A stretch of DNA of 64,000 nucleotides from Aquabacterium sp. GTDB lineage: Bacteria > Pseudomonadota > Gammaproteobacteria > Burkholderiales > Burkholderiaceae_C. The stretch spans positions 1,877-65,876 of the forward strand of contig NZ_DASUIS010000150.1 in assembly GCF_036279675.1 (NCBI RefSeq), in the 5' to 3' direction. The position numbers and the translations under genes were made by a program. The notes under the pieces are model-generated. The model worked only from the letters and a program-made list of their open reading frames with translations. It was not told where the DNA came from and did no database searches. Shown here in pieces: positions 37,736 to 47,215 of this stretch. Every line of letters starts with the position of its first letter. The stretch's first letter is position 1.

Positions 37736-38524
37736 TCAGGCCTGCTGTTCGGGGCTCGATTCCTTGTGCAGGCGCTTGGTGTTCCAGGCGTAGTGCAGCC
37801 ACCACCAGGTTGCCTTGATGAGTGGCAGCTTCTCCACGCGGTAGTAGAGATTCCACACGGCAAACGCGGCCGCAAACTTGTTGGCCGAGCGGCTGGCAGG
37901 CACCAGCCGGTATCTGGCGAGATCCTCTGGCAGGCGGTGGCCGATCTGGCCTTGCTTCATGACCCATAGCCAGGCCAGGAAGTCTTCCGGCAGTGAGCGC
38001 TCGATATCGGGGAACTTGAAGTCGGGCAACTGCTGGTGGTCGATCATGACCGACAGGCAACCGCAGGTACCCTTGCGGCGCACATGCAGTGCGCGGATGT
38101 CCATGGTGTCCACGCCTTCGATGCGCTTGCCGATCTTGCTTCCATCATGGCTGATGTGGCAGTAGTCGTGGTAGGTGAAGGCGTAGCCGGTCCGCTTCAT
38201 GAAGGCCAGCTGGCGCTCCAGCTTTTGCGGCAACCAGAGGTCATCGGCATCCAGAAAGGCCAGATAGCGCCCCTTGGCTTGTGCGATGCCGATGTTGCGG
38301 GCTGCGGCAGGACCACCGTTCTTGGGCGCGCGCACGATCTTGTAGCGATCATCGCCAGCGGTCAGTTGCTGTGCCACAGCCACGCTGTCGTCCGTCGAGC
38401 AGTCATCGATGATGATGTGTTCGAAGTTCCGCAAGGTCTGTGCACGCGTGCTCGCGATGTGGCCTTCCAGCCAGGCCCGTGCGTTGTACATGGGCGTGAT
38501 GACGGTGACTTCGATGTCGCTCAT
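37736..38524 (-). CDS. glycosyltransferase family 2
   Basis: MSDIEVTVITPMYNARAWL..HIIIDDCSTDDS..LAFLDADD. The ATG overlaps the upstream GT4 stop (ATGA at 38521-38524). Confidence 0.9.
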   Translation of the reverse strand: MSDIEVTVITPMYNARAWLEGHIASTRAQTLRNFEHIIIDDCSTDDSVAVAQQLTAGDDRYKIVRAPKNGGPAAARNIGIAQAKGRYLAFLDADDLWLPQKLERQLAFMKRTGYAFTYHDYCHISHDGSKIGKRIEGVDTMDIRALHVRRKGTCGCLSVMIDHQQLPDFKFPDIERSLPEDFLAWLWVMKQGQIGHRLPEDLARYRLVPASRSANKFAAAFAVWNLYYRVEKLPLIKATWWWLHYAWNTKRLHKESSPEQQA

Positions 38525-39651
38525 TTCGTTCGATGGCTTTTCGGGTCGATGGCTCGACGGTAGAACTGGTCGTATTCGTGGCGCAGCGATTCCGTGGAGG
38601 CGTGCTGGCTTACCCACAGTCTGGCATTGTTGCCAAGCAACTGCCGCCGTTCCGGGTGTGACAGCAACTCGTCCAGCGCGCCTTGCAGGGCAGCCACATC
38701 GCTGGGCTCCACCAGCAGGCCCGTTGTGCCATCGCGAATGATCTCGGGGTTGCCGCCCACGCGCGTGGCCACGATGGGCAGGCCTGTAGCGCAGGCCTCC
38801 AGCAGGGCAATCGACACGCCTTCCGTCTGGGATGGCAGCGTGAACACGTCAAAGCCTGGCAGCAGTTCGGCCACATCGGAGCGCTGGCCCGTGATCAGCA
38901 CCCGATCTTCAATGCCCAGTTGCCTGGCTTGTTCTCGCAAACGCGTTTCTTCTTCCCCGTAGCCAACGATGACGACCTTGAGCCTGGGGTGGCGTGCAGC
39001 GAGCGCCGGCACGGTTTCCAGCAGGACACGGTGGTTCTTGAGCGCCACCAGTCGACCCACGCAGCCCACCACCAGGTCATCGGCCGCCAGCGACAGGCGT
39101 TGGCGTGCATCCTCGCGTCGTTCGCTCGACTGCGCAAACTTGGCCACCGGGATGCCATTGAGCACGGTGGTGGCCTTTTGCGGTGGGACCATGCCGCCCA
39201 GCACATAGCGGTCATGCACCTGCTTGCCGACCATGGCCACGCCGGCCATGCGCGACAGGGCAAAGCGGAACAGCCAGCGCAGCTTGCGCTCTTTCAGTCG
39301 GGTGCCCATGTCATGACAGCTGCCGACAAAAGCGGGGGCGTTCACGGCCAGGGTCAACGCAGTGGCCACGTAATACCCTGGCATGAAGTTGTGTGCATGC
39401 ACCACATCCACCCGGGGGGACAGGCAGGCGCGGCGCAAGGCCTTGATCACCTGACGGTCCAGGGTGCCTTGCTTGTTGCCGATCATGACCTTGATGCCGG
39501 CGGCCTCCAGTTCAGGCGCGAAGCCCTTGGTGGCATTGATGCTGAAGATCTCGACGTGATGACCCGCCTGCATTTGCGCGATGGCCAGATCGGTCACGAC
39601 GCGCTCAAGCCCGCCAAATTCGAGTGAGTCCACAACGTGGAGAATTCGCAT
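38521..39651 (-). CDS. glycosyltransferase family 4 (GT-B)
   Basis: Start at Met 39651. MRILHVVDSLEFGGLERVV.., VGCVGRLVALKNH.., and PSQTEGVSIALLEACATGLPIVATRVGGNPEII (EX7E region). Confidence 0.9.
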   Translation of the reverse strand: MRILHVVDSLEFGGLERVVTDLAIAQMQAGHHVEIFSINATKGFAPELEAAGIKVMIGNKQGTLDRQVIKALRRACLSPRVDVVHAHNFMPGYYVATALTLAVNAPAFVGSCHDMGTRLKERKLRWLFRFALSRMAGVAMVGKQVHDRYVLGGMVPPQKATTVLNGIPVAKFAQSSERREDARQRLSLAADDLVVGCVGRLVALKNHRVLLETVPALAARHPRLKVVIVGYGEEETRLREQARQLGIEDRVLITGQRSDVAELLPGFDVFTLPSQTEGVSIALLEACATGLPIVATRVGGNPEIIRDGTTGLLVEPSDVAALQGALDELLSHPERRQLLGNNARLWVSQHASTESLRHEYDQFYRRAIDPKSHRTK

Positions 39652-39774
39652 GGCTTGAGACGAAATCAAATTCATGGATCGGGCGGGCAATAAGTCCGTA
39701 ACACCTGTGAATGCGGGCCCAAATGCCGGCATTTGTCGGGAAACGCCTATGTTACACTGGCTCGGGAGTTGAAT

Positions 39775-40977
39775 ATGCCTTCTGAAAAGCTTTCTCGGCA
39801 CGTCACGCGTGTTCTTTATCACCATCGAACCCAGGGGAAAGCCGTAGAAGGGGTTCATATTCGCGGTATCACCGATGCCCTGCGCGCCGAAGGCGTGGCG
39901 GTGGACATCATTTCCCTGCCGGGTGCTGATCCTTACAGCTCGCCCAAGGCCATGTCGCCTACGGCGCAGGCCACCACGCTCATGAGCCTCGTGGCCAAGT
40001 TCCCCGAGCCGCTGTTCGAGCTGGCCGAGGTGGGCTACAACCTGGTGTCAGGCTGGCGCGTGTGGCGCTACCTGTCGCGCAATCCAGACGTCAATTTCAT
40101 TTACGAGCGGTATTCGCTCTTCCTGTTCTCGACGGTGCTGCTGGGCAAACTCAGGGGTTTGCCGGTGATTCTGGAGGTGAACGATTCCGCCTATGTGGTG
40201 CGGGTTCGCCCACTGTTTTTCCAGAAACTCTCGGCGGCCATCGAGCGTTGGGTATTCAATAATGCCGACGGTCTGGTATTCGTGTCGACCATTTTCCGTG
40301 ACCGCGCTCTGGCGTCGCATGGCAAATTGGCTCCAACGATTATCACGCCCAACGCAGCCAATATCGCCAAATTCAGCTTCACGCCGGAGCAGCGTGCTGC
40401 TGCACGCGCCAAGTGGGGGCTGGATGGACATGTGGTCTGCGGCTATCTGGGTGCCTTCCTGCCTTGGCACGCCATCGACCAGTTCGTTCACCAGATTGCC
40501 GACAAGCTCAAGGATGCGCCGCACCTCAAGCTCCTGCTGGTGGGCGATGGCCCGACATTCCCCGAGCTGCAGGCCTATGTGAAGTCACGCGGCCTGGACA
40601 AGCAGGTGATCATGACGGGTCGCGTGGCGCACGACGACGTGCCGGGCCTGCTGGCCGCCATGGACATGGCGGTGCTGCCCAGCGCAGGCGACTACACCTC
40701 GCCCGTGAAGTTGTTTGAATTCATGGCGTGCGGCATCGCGCCGATCGCACCGGATTTCGAGCCGGTGAAGGAAGTCCTCAAGGCGGATGAAACCGGCTGG
40801 TTCTTCAAGGCTGGTCAGCTGGATGACGCCGTGAGAGCCGTGCTGGAGCGCAGCCAGGATACCGAAGCCTTGCAGCGCGTGGGCAAGGCAGCGCGTGCCT
40901 ACATCGCTGCGGAACGCCAGTGGCGCCACAACGTGGTCCAGCTGGTCGACTTCTTCCGCAGCTTGCGCCGCGCCTGA
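39775..40977 (+). CDS. glycosyltransferase family 4 (GT-B)
   Basis: ATG 39775 follows GGGAG. VLYHHRTQGKAVEGVHI.., GYLGAFLPWH.., and PSAGDYTSPVKLFEFMACGIAPIAPD. Confidence 0.85.
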   Translation: MPSEKLSRHVTRVLYHHRTQGKAVEGVHIRGITDALRAEGVAVDIISLPGADPYSSPKAMSPTAQATTLMSLVAKFPEPLFELAEVGYNLVSGWRVWRYLSRNPDVNFIYERYSLFLFSTVLLGKLRGLPVILEVNDSAYVVRVRPLFFQKLSAAIERWVFNNADGLVFVSTIFRDRALASHGKLAPTIITPNAANIAKFSFTPEQRAAARAKWGLDGHVVCGYLGAFLPWHAIDQFVHQIADKLKDAPHLKLLLVGDGPTFPELQAYVKSRGLDKQVIMTGRVAHDDVPGLLAAMDMAVLPSAGDYTSPVKLFEFMACGIAPIAPDFEPVKEVLKADETGWFFKAGQLDDAVRAVLERSQDTEALQRVGKAARAYIAAERQWRHNVVQLVDFFRSLRRA

Positions 40978-40979
40978 GC

Positions 40980-42107
40980 TCAGTGAGCCTTGCCGCGCAG
41001 GCGGGCTCTCACCGGGGTTTCGAACCAGGTGAATGACACATAGGCAAACACGATCACGGCCACGATCGATACGCCCACGCCCAGCACGCTGAGGCCTGTG
41101 GCGCGTTCCACTGCCATGCGGATCGGGTACATCAGCAGCGGATGCACCAGGTACATGCCGTATGAGATCTGGCCGATCGTCACGATCGTGCGGAAATTGG
41201 CCAGCCTGGCAAACCAGTTGTTGTCAGACGAGCGCAGGATGACCAGCGGGATCATGAAGCCGATCAGCAGGGGTTCCAGTGCATAACCCAGGCTGTACTT
41301 GTAGGCTTGAATCTGCTGCAAGGTGGCCGATGTGATGAGCAGCACTGCCAGGGCGGGCAGCACCCATTTGCGTCTGGCCAGACGGGCACTGACCTCCAGC
41401 CAGAACTGCTGGCGCAAGAGCATGGCGAGCACGCAGCCCACGGCCAGGTGATCGGCACGTGTCTCCAGGGCTCGATAGAGATAGGCATCCGGTACGTCGA
41501 ACACCCACATCAGGATGGGGCGGCACAGCCATACCGCCACGATCACGGTGCACATGAAGGGCACCATGCGGATTCGGTGGCGGAACAGTGCCAGCAAGGC
41601 AAAGGGCCACAACAGGTAGAACTGCTCTTCGACGGCCAGCGACCAGCACGGCGACAGGAAGTGCGTGGCGGCACCCGTCAGGCCCTGGTAATAGTTCAGC
41701 ACGTAAAAGCAAGCGGCGACCACGGCTTCCCAGGGGACGGGCAGATGGCGCAAGGTCAGGTAGGTGATGCCCAGCAGCACGTAGGCATAGAAGGCCGGCA
41801 GCAGACGTGCGGCACGACGTCGGTAGAAGTCCATCAGGTTGATGTCCTGATGCTTGTCCAGTTCATGCAGCAGCATCCAGGTGATCAGGAAGCCGCTGAG
41901 TACGAAGAAGATTTCCACCCCGATGCCGCCGTTGAAGAGTGCGATGGGGCCCAGCCAGGTCATGCCGGAGTGGTCAACCAGTACCAGGAGCACGGAAATC
42001 GCGCGCAGGAAGTCCAGCCCTGGGATGCGGCTGCCTCGCAGTGCCTTGAACAGCTGGGCGGCTTGAGGCTCTGCCGTCTGGATGGGGTTGGAGGGTGCTT
42101 GGCTCAT
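40980..42107 (-). CDS. acyltransferase family 3 (AT3) membrane O-acyltransferase
   Basis: 375 aa. IPGLDFLRAISVLLVLVDHSG is followed by about 10 TM segments. Confidence 0.85.
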   Translation of the reverse strand: MSQAPSNPIQTAEPQAAQLFKALRGSRIPGLDFLRAISVLLVLVDHSGMTWLGPIALFNGGIGVEIFFVLSGFLITWMLLHELDKHQDINLMDFYRRRAARLLPAFYAYVLLGITYLTLRHLPVPWEAVVAACFYVLNYYQGLTGAATHFLSPCWSLAVEEQFYLLWPFALLALFRHRIRMVPFMCTVIVAVWLCRPILMWVFDVPDAYLYRALETRADHLAVGCVLAMLLRQQFWLEVSARLARRKWVLPALAVLLITSATLQQIQAYKYSLGYALEPLLIGFMIPLVILRSSDNNWFARLANFRTIVTIGQISYGMYLVHPLLMYPIRMAVERATGLSVLGVGVSIVAVIVFAYVSFTWFETPVRARLRGKAH

Positions 42108-42114
42108 GGCGCGG

Positions 42115-43170
42115 TCAGGGTGCTGCGGGGGCGCTGGTCAGTTTGAGGACGTGCGGCGCCAGCAACTGGGCCATGCGGGCTGCACCCGCGTCCGTGAAGT
42201 GCACGAAGTCTGCGAAGTTGTCCGGGCCAGGCGGGATGGCCTTGTCGACGTCCACCATCTCCAGATCCATTTCTTGTGCCAGCTCCTTGATGGCAGCGTT
42301 GGTGCGCTGCTCCAGATCGATGAAGCCTTCTTCCTTGAGTTCGGGATAGAAGCGCCGCCAGGCCGTCATCATGGGTCTGTCACTGTCGCGCAAGGTCGTG
42401 CCGAAGTAGGTGGCGTGGGTGGCCAGCAGCACCTGGGCGCCAGCCTGATGGGCGGTGCGCACGGCGCACGCCAGATCGGTCTTGAACGACTGGATGTTGC
42501 TCTCGGGCACCTTGTCCACCACGGTGATGCCTTGCACGGACTTGGCAATGTCATGCTGTCGCCACATCGTCATGATGCTGGGCGGCAGGACCTTCTTGCT
42601 CAACTGTTCTACCTTGCCGGTGAGGCGAATGCGATCCTTGATGCCAATCTGATCAGGAACCGGGCTGCTGGGTTGATCGCACAGGGGCTTTTCGCTGCCG
42701 ATGTAGTTGGCCGGGCTGGGATAGATCACCACGACCTTGGCCTTGAACTGCTTGATGCCACGGTCCAGGTAGCCCCATCGGCCAATGCGCACGCCGGGGA
42801 TGGCCAGGTTGATGACGTTGTAGCGTTGTGCGCCTGCAGCCTCATTGAGGCGGGTCTCCAGCACGCGGGGGTATTCGTGATCGGGGCTTTCGTAGATGCC
42901 GAAGGTCTCGGATGCGCCGAACGTGACCACATTGATGCGCCCTGCCTGCGGCGAGGGGCCGCGGTAGCCCCATTCATTCATCGTCCATTTGCCAAACCTT
43001 GCATTCGGCTTGCCTTCGCGGCCGAATGGGCTGGGCTGGAACACCGACGAGATCGTGTAAGGCTTCCACAGTGGCGCGTCTTCGTTGATGGCGTCGTCGA
43101 TGCGGGCGGCCATCTCCATGGTGGCCAGGCCCAAAGCACCGTAAAACAGACAGCTCAGTATGCGTTTCAT
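42115..43170 (-). CDS. SGNH/GDSL-type hydrolase-acyltransferase partner of the MBOAT protein
   Basis: N-terminal signal/anchor MKRILSCLFYGALGLATM and GDS-like block VVTFGASETFG. It lies 17 nt downstream of the MBOAT gene, as in AlgI-AlgJ/X, PatA-PatB and DltB-DltD pairs. Confidence 0.7.
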   Translation of the reverse strand: MKRILSCLFYGALGLATMEMAARIDDAINEDAPLWKPYTISSVFQPSPFGREGKPNARFGKWTMNEWGYRGPSPQAGRINVVTFGASETFGIYESPDHEYPRVLETRLNEAAGAQRYNVINLAIPGVRIGRWGYLDRGIKQFKAKVVVIYPSPANYIGSEKPLCDQPSSPVPDQIGIKDRIRLTGKVEQLSKKVLPPSIMTMWRQHDIAKSVQGITVVDKVPESNIQSFKTDLACAVRTAHQAGAQVLLATHATYFGTTLRDSDRPMMTAWRRFYPELKEEGFIDLEQRTNAAIKELAQEMDLEMVDVDKAIPPGPDNFADFVHFTDAGAARMAQLLAPHVLKLTSAPAAP

Positions 43171-43186
43171 GCTTGCTGCGGCCTTG

Positions 43187-44605
43187 TCAGAACTGGAAGT
43201 AAACGAAGGACTGCGCCTTGCCGCCGAGGAACAGGATCATGTAGAGCATGCTGGCATAGGCCACGGTGCGAACCGCTGCGTGCACGCGAACCGGGTTGAG
43301 GAAGAACAGTTCATGCGTGCGCCACTGGATCAACTGAACCAGGACCAGTGGCGACACGATCCATCCGATGGTTTTCAAGGTGGCCGTGTCCAGGCCTTCC
43401 AGCGGGTTCATCAGCGCTGCGCTCATGTGCAGGATCTGCTCCATGGAGGTGGCGCGGAACAGCAGCCAGCCGTAACAGGTCATCGCGAACATCGAGGCCC
43501 ACTTGATGGCAATCCACAGTGGTTTGACGGGCTGGGCCGGGCCATCCACGCGCGCCAGAAACGGGGCCGAGATGCGATGAATCACCAGGATGGCGCCGTG
43601 ATAGAAGCCCCACAGGACGAAGTTCCATGCTGCGCCGTGCCACAGCCCCCCGAGCAGCATCGTGATCATCAGATTGCGGTTGGTCATCCACTTGCCCTGA
43701 CGGTTGCCACCCAGGGGCTTGTAGAGATAGTCGCGCAGCCAGTTCGACAGGCTGATGTGCCAGCGACGCCAGAACTCCGATGGATTCATGGAAACATAGG
43801 GCAGATTGAAGTTCAAGGTGAATTCGAAGCCCATCAGCTTGGCAATGCCCCGGGCGATGTCCGTGTAGCCGGAGAAGTCGCCATAGATCTGGAAGGTGAA
43901 GGCCAGCACGCCAATCAAGGTGTCACCACCAGTCGGGTTGGGTGAGCTGAACACCCGGTCCACGATGGGCGATAGGTTGTCGGCGATGAAGACCTTCTTG
44001 AAGAAGCCCCAGGCCATCAGGTGCAGGCCTTCCACAACCTGTTGCGGATTGAACTTGCGCGGGTGGACCACCTGCGGCAGCAGCAGGGAAGCCCGCTGAA
44101 TGGGGCCTGCCACGAGGTGCGGGAAATAGAGCACGGCCAGGAAGAAATCCCAGAATGAGCGCGTGGGGTGCAATTCACCCCGATAGACGTCGATCGTGTA
44201 GGACAACGCCTGGAATGTGTAGAAGGAGATCGCGACAGGCAGGACGATGTTGAGCGTCTGCAGATCGGGCTGGAAGCCAAGCTGGATCAGCACGGCTTGC
44301 ATCGACTGTACGAAGAAGTTGAAGTACTTGAAGAAGCCCAGCAGGGCGAGGTTCGCCACCACGCTGATGGTGACCAGCTTCTTGCGCTGGACCGGGTCGC
44401 GGCTGTTTTCCAGCTGGGTGGAAATCCAGTAGTCCAGCGAGGTGGTGCACAACAGCGGAGCCAGGAAGCGCCAATCCCAGCAGGCGTAGAAAACGCAGCT
44501 GGCGAGCACGAGGAAGGCATTTTGTCCGCGATGGGGGAGGCAGAAATAAACCGCCAGAACAATCGGGAGGAAGAGAAATAGAAACTCGACGGAATTGAAC
44601 AGCAA
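43187..44605 (-). CDS. MBOAT-family membrane O-acyltransferase (AlgI/DltB-like)
   Basis: 472 aa. The TTG start at 44605 is preceded by GGGGAG. MLFNSVEFLFLFLPIVLAVYF.., RRWHISLSNWLRDYLY, and GGLWHGAAWNF (catalytic His region). Confidence 0.9.
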   Translation of the reverse strand: MLFNSVEFLFLFLPIVLAVYFCLPHRGQNAFLVLASCVFYACWDWRFLAPLLCTTSLDYWISTQLENSRDPVQRKKLVTISVVANLALLGFFKYFNFFVQSMQAVLIQLGFQPDLQTLNIVLPVAISFYTFQALSYTIDVYRGELHPTRSFWDFFLAVLYFPHLVAGPIQRASLLLPQVVHPRKFNPQQVVEGLHLMAWGFFKKVFIADNLSPIVDRVFSSPNPTGGDTLIGVLAFTFQIYGDFSGYTDIARGIAKLMGFEFTLNFNLPYVSMNPSEFWRRWHISLSNWLRDYLYKPLGGNRQGKWMTNRNLMITMLLGGLWHGAAWNFVLWGFYHGAILVIHRISAPFLARVDGPAQPVKPLWIAIKWASMFAMTCYGWLLFRATSMEQILHMSAALMNPLEGLDTATLKTIGWIVSPLVLVQLIQWRTHELFFLNPVRVHAAVRTVAYASMLYMILFLGGKAQSFVYFQF

Positions 44606-44745
44606 GTCGTTTACTCCCCTATTGTTGGCGCTTCAAGGCGTAAGCCGGCCATCCGATTCGGACAGCCGGCGATGATAAGGGTAATCCTCTCGATATTAAT
44701 CGGCGAAACCTGCCGCTTGTTGAAGTGGAGACCCCCAAAGTAAAC

Positions 44746-44784
44746 GAGGAGACCCTCGAACAAGGTGTTCGGTCGGGTCTCCTC
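44746..44784 (-). terminator. putative intrinsic terminator after the beta-helix lipoprotein gene
   Basis: GAGGAGACCC (44746-44755) pairs with GGGTCTCCTC (44775-44784), with an inner CGAAC/GTTCG stem. On the minus strand it is followed by GTTTACTTTG. A second hairpin, AGGCTGA/TCAGCCT, lies at 44791-44809. Confidence 0.45.
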
Positions 44785-44828
44785 GCGGAGAGGCTGAGAG
44801 ACTCAGCCTGTCTGCCTGTTTGTGCCTG

Positions 44829-46907
44829 TCAGGGCAATGCGGGGGCAGTGAAGGGGCTTGTCACTGGTTCGCCTGCAGGGGTCAGCGAGCGTGTCGTCAC
44901 TTCGGTCGGCAGCGGCGCCTTCAGGGAGTAGAAGGGCGAGCTGGGCTTCAGGGAGTAGTCGCCAGCAGCGAAGTTGTTGAAACCAGGATCGTTGGTCTGC
45001 TTGGTCAGCCCATCGTGGCCAGTGCCGTTGTACTTGGTGCCGGTGTACAGGTTGGGGTTGTTGGGCGACGATGCATAGTTGCCATAGTTGGGCATCGCTT
45101 CGATGTACTTGTTGATCCAGTTGGCAGGCTTGACCGTGCTGGTTGAGCTGTCAACAAAGGTCGGGAAGTTCGCCACACCACTCCAGAAGAACAGCGAGAA
45201 GTTGGCTGCCGTACCTGTTGTCGTGGCCGAGGTGGCGTACATCAGGTTGTTCAGCGCGTTGACCACGGTGCCACGGTTGTAGTTGAGCATCTCGAACAGA
45301 GGTGCGCCATCACGACCGTACATCTGGTAGTCGTACTTCGAGATCACACGGTTGCTGTAGAAGAAGATCTTGCCGTAGCGGTACTGCTTCTGGAAGCCGA
45401 AGTCGCCATCACCGTGACCGATCACGATGCCGCCGTTGCCACCGATCAGGCGCTGGACGAACACGTTGTTGTAGATGAAGGCGTACTTCACCAGATCTTC
45501 GCCCTGGGCGTCCTTCTGAATTGCTTCATAGGGGCCGTTCGACTCCGGATCGCGCAGCGAGATGTTGTGCATCGCGCTGTCGATGAAGTTGTTGCGGAAG
45601 ATGATGCCGGCCGAGCGGTCCTTGATGTTGTCTGCGGACGTGCCCTTGGGACGGCCGAAGTAGTTGTGCTCGTAGATGGTACCGATCGCTTCCGTGTAAG
45701 CGTTGTGCAGGCTGGTGTTGCCGTCAATGCCGTTGTCGTGGAAGTAGTTGTTGCGCACCAGGATATTGCGCGATTGACGAGCATTACCCAGGTAGTCAGG
45801 AGCCGGTGCCATGTAGTCCTGGTCAGACTTCAGGAACAAGCCGATACCGCTGTTGGCCAGTTCGCAGTCGGTGATGGCCAGGTGCTCAGCAGGGGCCACG
45901 TAGATGCCTGAGGTAAAGGACGCATAGGTCTTGACCGTGCCGGACAGCGATGTATAGGTGGCCGGTGTGCGCACGTTCTGAACCGTCAGGCCCTTGATGT
46001 GCAGGTAGCCTGGCTTGTAGCCGTAGGTGGCCGAGGTCAGGCCGTTGCCGATGTTGATGGGGCGGCTGATGATGATCATGCCGAAGCCATCGAACACCGA
46101 GGACATGCCGGTGCCGGTTGCTGGTGGTGAGATGGCGCCAGCGCCGTCGAACACGGGGCGCTCGCCATTGGGGCCAGGGACACCCATGATGGTGATGTAC
46201 TTGTTCTTCTCGCCACGGGCACCAATGAAGATGATGTCCTTGTAGGCTGCGGGACGGTAGTAGATCTTGACCACGTCACAAGGCAACAGCCTGATCCATG
46301 GCACGTCACGCGGTGTTGTGTAGGCCTTGCCGGGGCCAACTTCAAAGGTCAGGCCCTCTGTAGCGCCGCAAGCAGAGCGGCTGGGGTACTCAGCCTTGTG
46401 ATCCCAGGCGGTCGGTGTTTCGATGCGTGTCAGATTGGGCAACGCACGAGACTGCATCGGGTTGGTAGCCAGGGGCTGCGTTGCAGGCGCGGGGGCTGGA
46501 GCAGGGGCGGGCGCCGGAGCTGGCGCGGGGGCTGGAGCAGGTGCTGGCGCTGGCGCGGGAGCTGGGGCCGGGGCGGGGGCTGGCGCAGGAGCAGGGGCGG
46601 GAGCGGGAGCAGGTGCTGGCGCGGGAGCTGGGGCCGGAGCAGGTGCAGGCGCTGGCGCCGGTGCGGGAGCTGGGGCCGGAGCAGGAACGGGGTCAGGCAC
46701 GCCTGCCGAGGTGCTGGGCTGTGTGGCTGTGTTCAGAGCCGCTGTGCTGGTGGAGTCGGCGCCGCCTCCGCCACCGCAGCCCACAACAGCTGCGCTCAGG
46801 CTCATGACGGCGATGCAGCTATTGATGAACTTCAGACGCTCCTGGAGCGTGGAGGGGGACAGTTTCTCGATGGACCCAATCTGGGTGGTGCTGGACAACA
46901 GTTTCAA
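44829..46907 (-). CDS. lipoprotein with (Pro-Ala)34 linker and right-handed beta-helix domain (candidate EPS lyase/hydrolase/epimerase)
   Basis: 692 aa. The TTG start at 46907 is preceded by GAGAGG. Lipobox AAVVGC is followed by GGGG, then the PA repeat. The C-terminal ~480 aa contain parallel beta-helix-like repeats (VRNNYFHDNGIDGN.., IFRNNFIDSAMHNISL, IYNNVFVQ). Confidence 0.75.
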   Translation of the reverse strand: MKLLSSTTQIGSIEKLSPSTLQERLKFINSCIAVMSLSAAVVGCGGGGGADSTSTAALNTATQPSTSAGVPDPVPAPAPAPAPAPAPAPAPAPAPAPAPAPAPAPAPAPAPAPAPAPAPAPAPAPAPAPAPAPAPAPAPAPATQPLATNPMQSRALPNLTRIETPTAWDHKAEYPSRSACGATEGLTFEVGPGKAYTTPRDVPWIRLLPCDVVKIYYRPAAYKDIIFIGARGEKNKYITIMGVPGPNGERPVFDGAGAISPPATGTGMSSVFDGFGMIIISRPINIGNGLTSATYGYKPGYLHIKGLTVQNVRTPATYTSLSGTVKTYASFTSGIYVAPAEHLAITDCELANSGIGLFLKSDQDYMAPAPDYLGNARQSRNILVRNNYFHDNGIDGNTSLHNAYTEAIGTIYEHNYFGRPKGTSADNIKDRSAGIIFRNNFIDSAMHNISLRDPESNGPYEAIQKDAQGEDLVKYAFIYNNVFVQRLIGGNGGIVIGHGDGDFGFQKQYRYGKIFFYSNRVISKYDYQMYGRDGAPLFEMLNYNRGTVVNALNNLMYATSATTTGTAANFSLFFWSGVANFPTFVDSSTSTVKPANWINKYIEAMPNYGNYASSPNNPNLYTGTKYNGTGHDGLTKQTNDPGFNNFAAGDYSLKPSSPFYSLKAPLPTEVTTRSLTPAGEPVTSPFTAPALP
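46482..46685 (-). repeat. 204-nt imperfect GCN-CCN hexanucleotide array encoding 34 consecutive Pro-Ala dipeptides
   Basis: Boundaries come from my own reverse-strand reading: ..SAGVPDPV-(PA)34-TQPLATNP.. Codons vary (GCG/GCC/GCT/GCA, CCC/CCG/CCT/CCA). Longer sub-blocks recur, for example GCGGGAGCTGGGGCCGG three times. Confidence 0.9.
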
Positions 46908-47215
46908 GGTGTACCTCTCGGGTGGACACGACGTTCATCAATGAAGCGAACTTTATTCAAGATTTCGATCGCTGCTCGCACGCATTTGTATGCAGTCGTA
47001 TCGGAGGTGTTGGGGTTGATCTCGAGAACTGGGAGGGAATACCCCCGCATTTCGAGAATTACATCTATTGGATTTCGGACCGGGTGCGCATTAACTCACA
47101 AATTGTTTTGTGGTTTTGCCGCCTTGTTTCACGATGCGCAATCCCCGGGATGGGGGCTAATTGATGCAACTTGATTCAATTGCCGATGGAGGCATGGCGT
47201 GAACGGCCAAAAGCA

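Noticed and set aside
46423-46944. Plus-strand poly(Gly-Ala) ORF and other repeat-derived ORFs (46398-47174, 46481-46807); also considered whether the periodic DNA could be a CRISPR or a satellite
   Set aside because: These are mirror frames of the (PA)34 coding repeat in the minus-strand lipoprotein gene. The period is 6 nt with no spacers, so it is not a CRISPR array.
46922-47164. 80-aa plus-strand ORF in the low-GC spacer
   Set aside because: It has no RBS, no recognisable motif, and runs opposite to both neighbours. It is kept only as a note within the low-GC patch finding.
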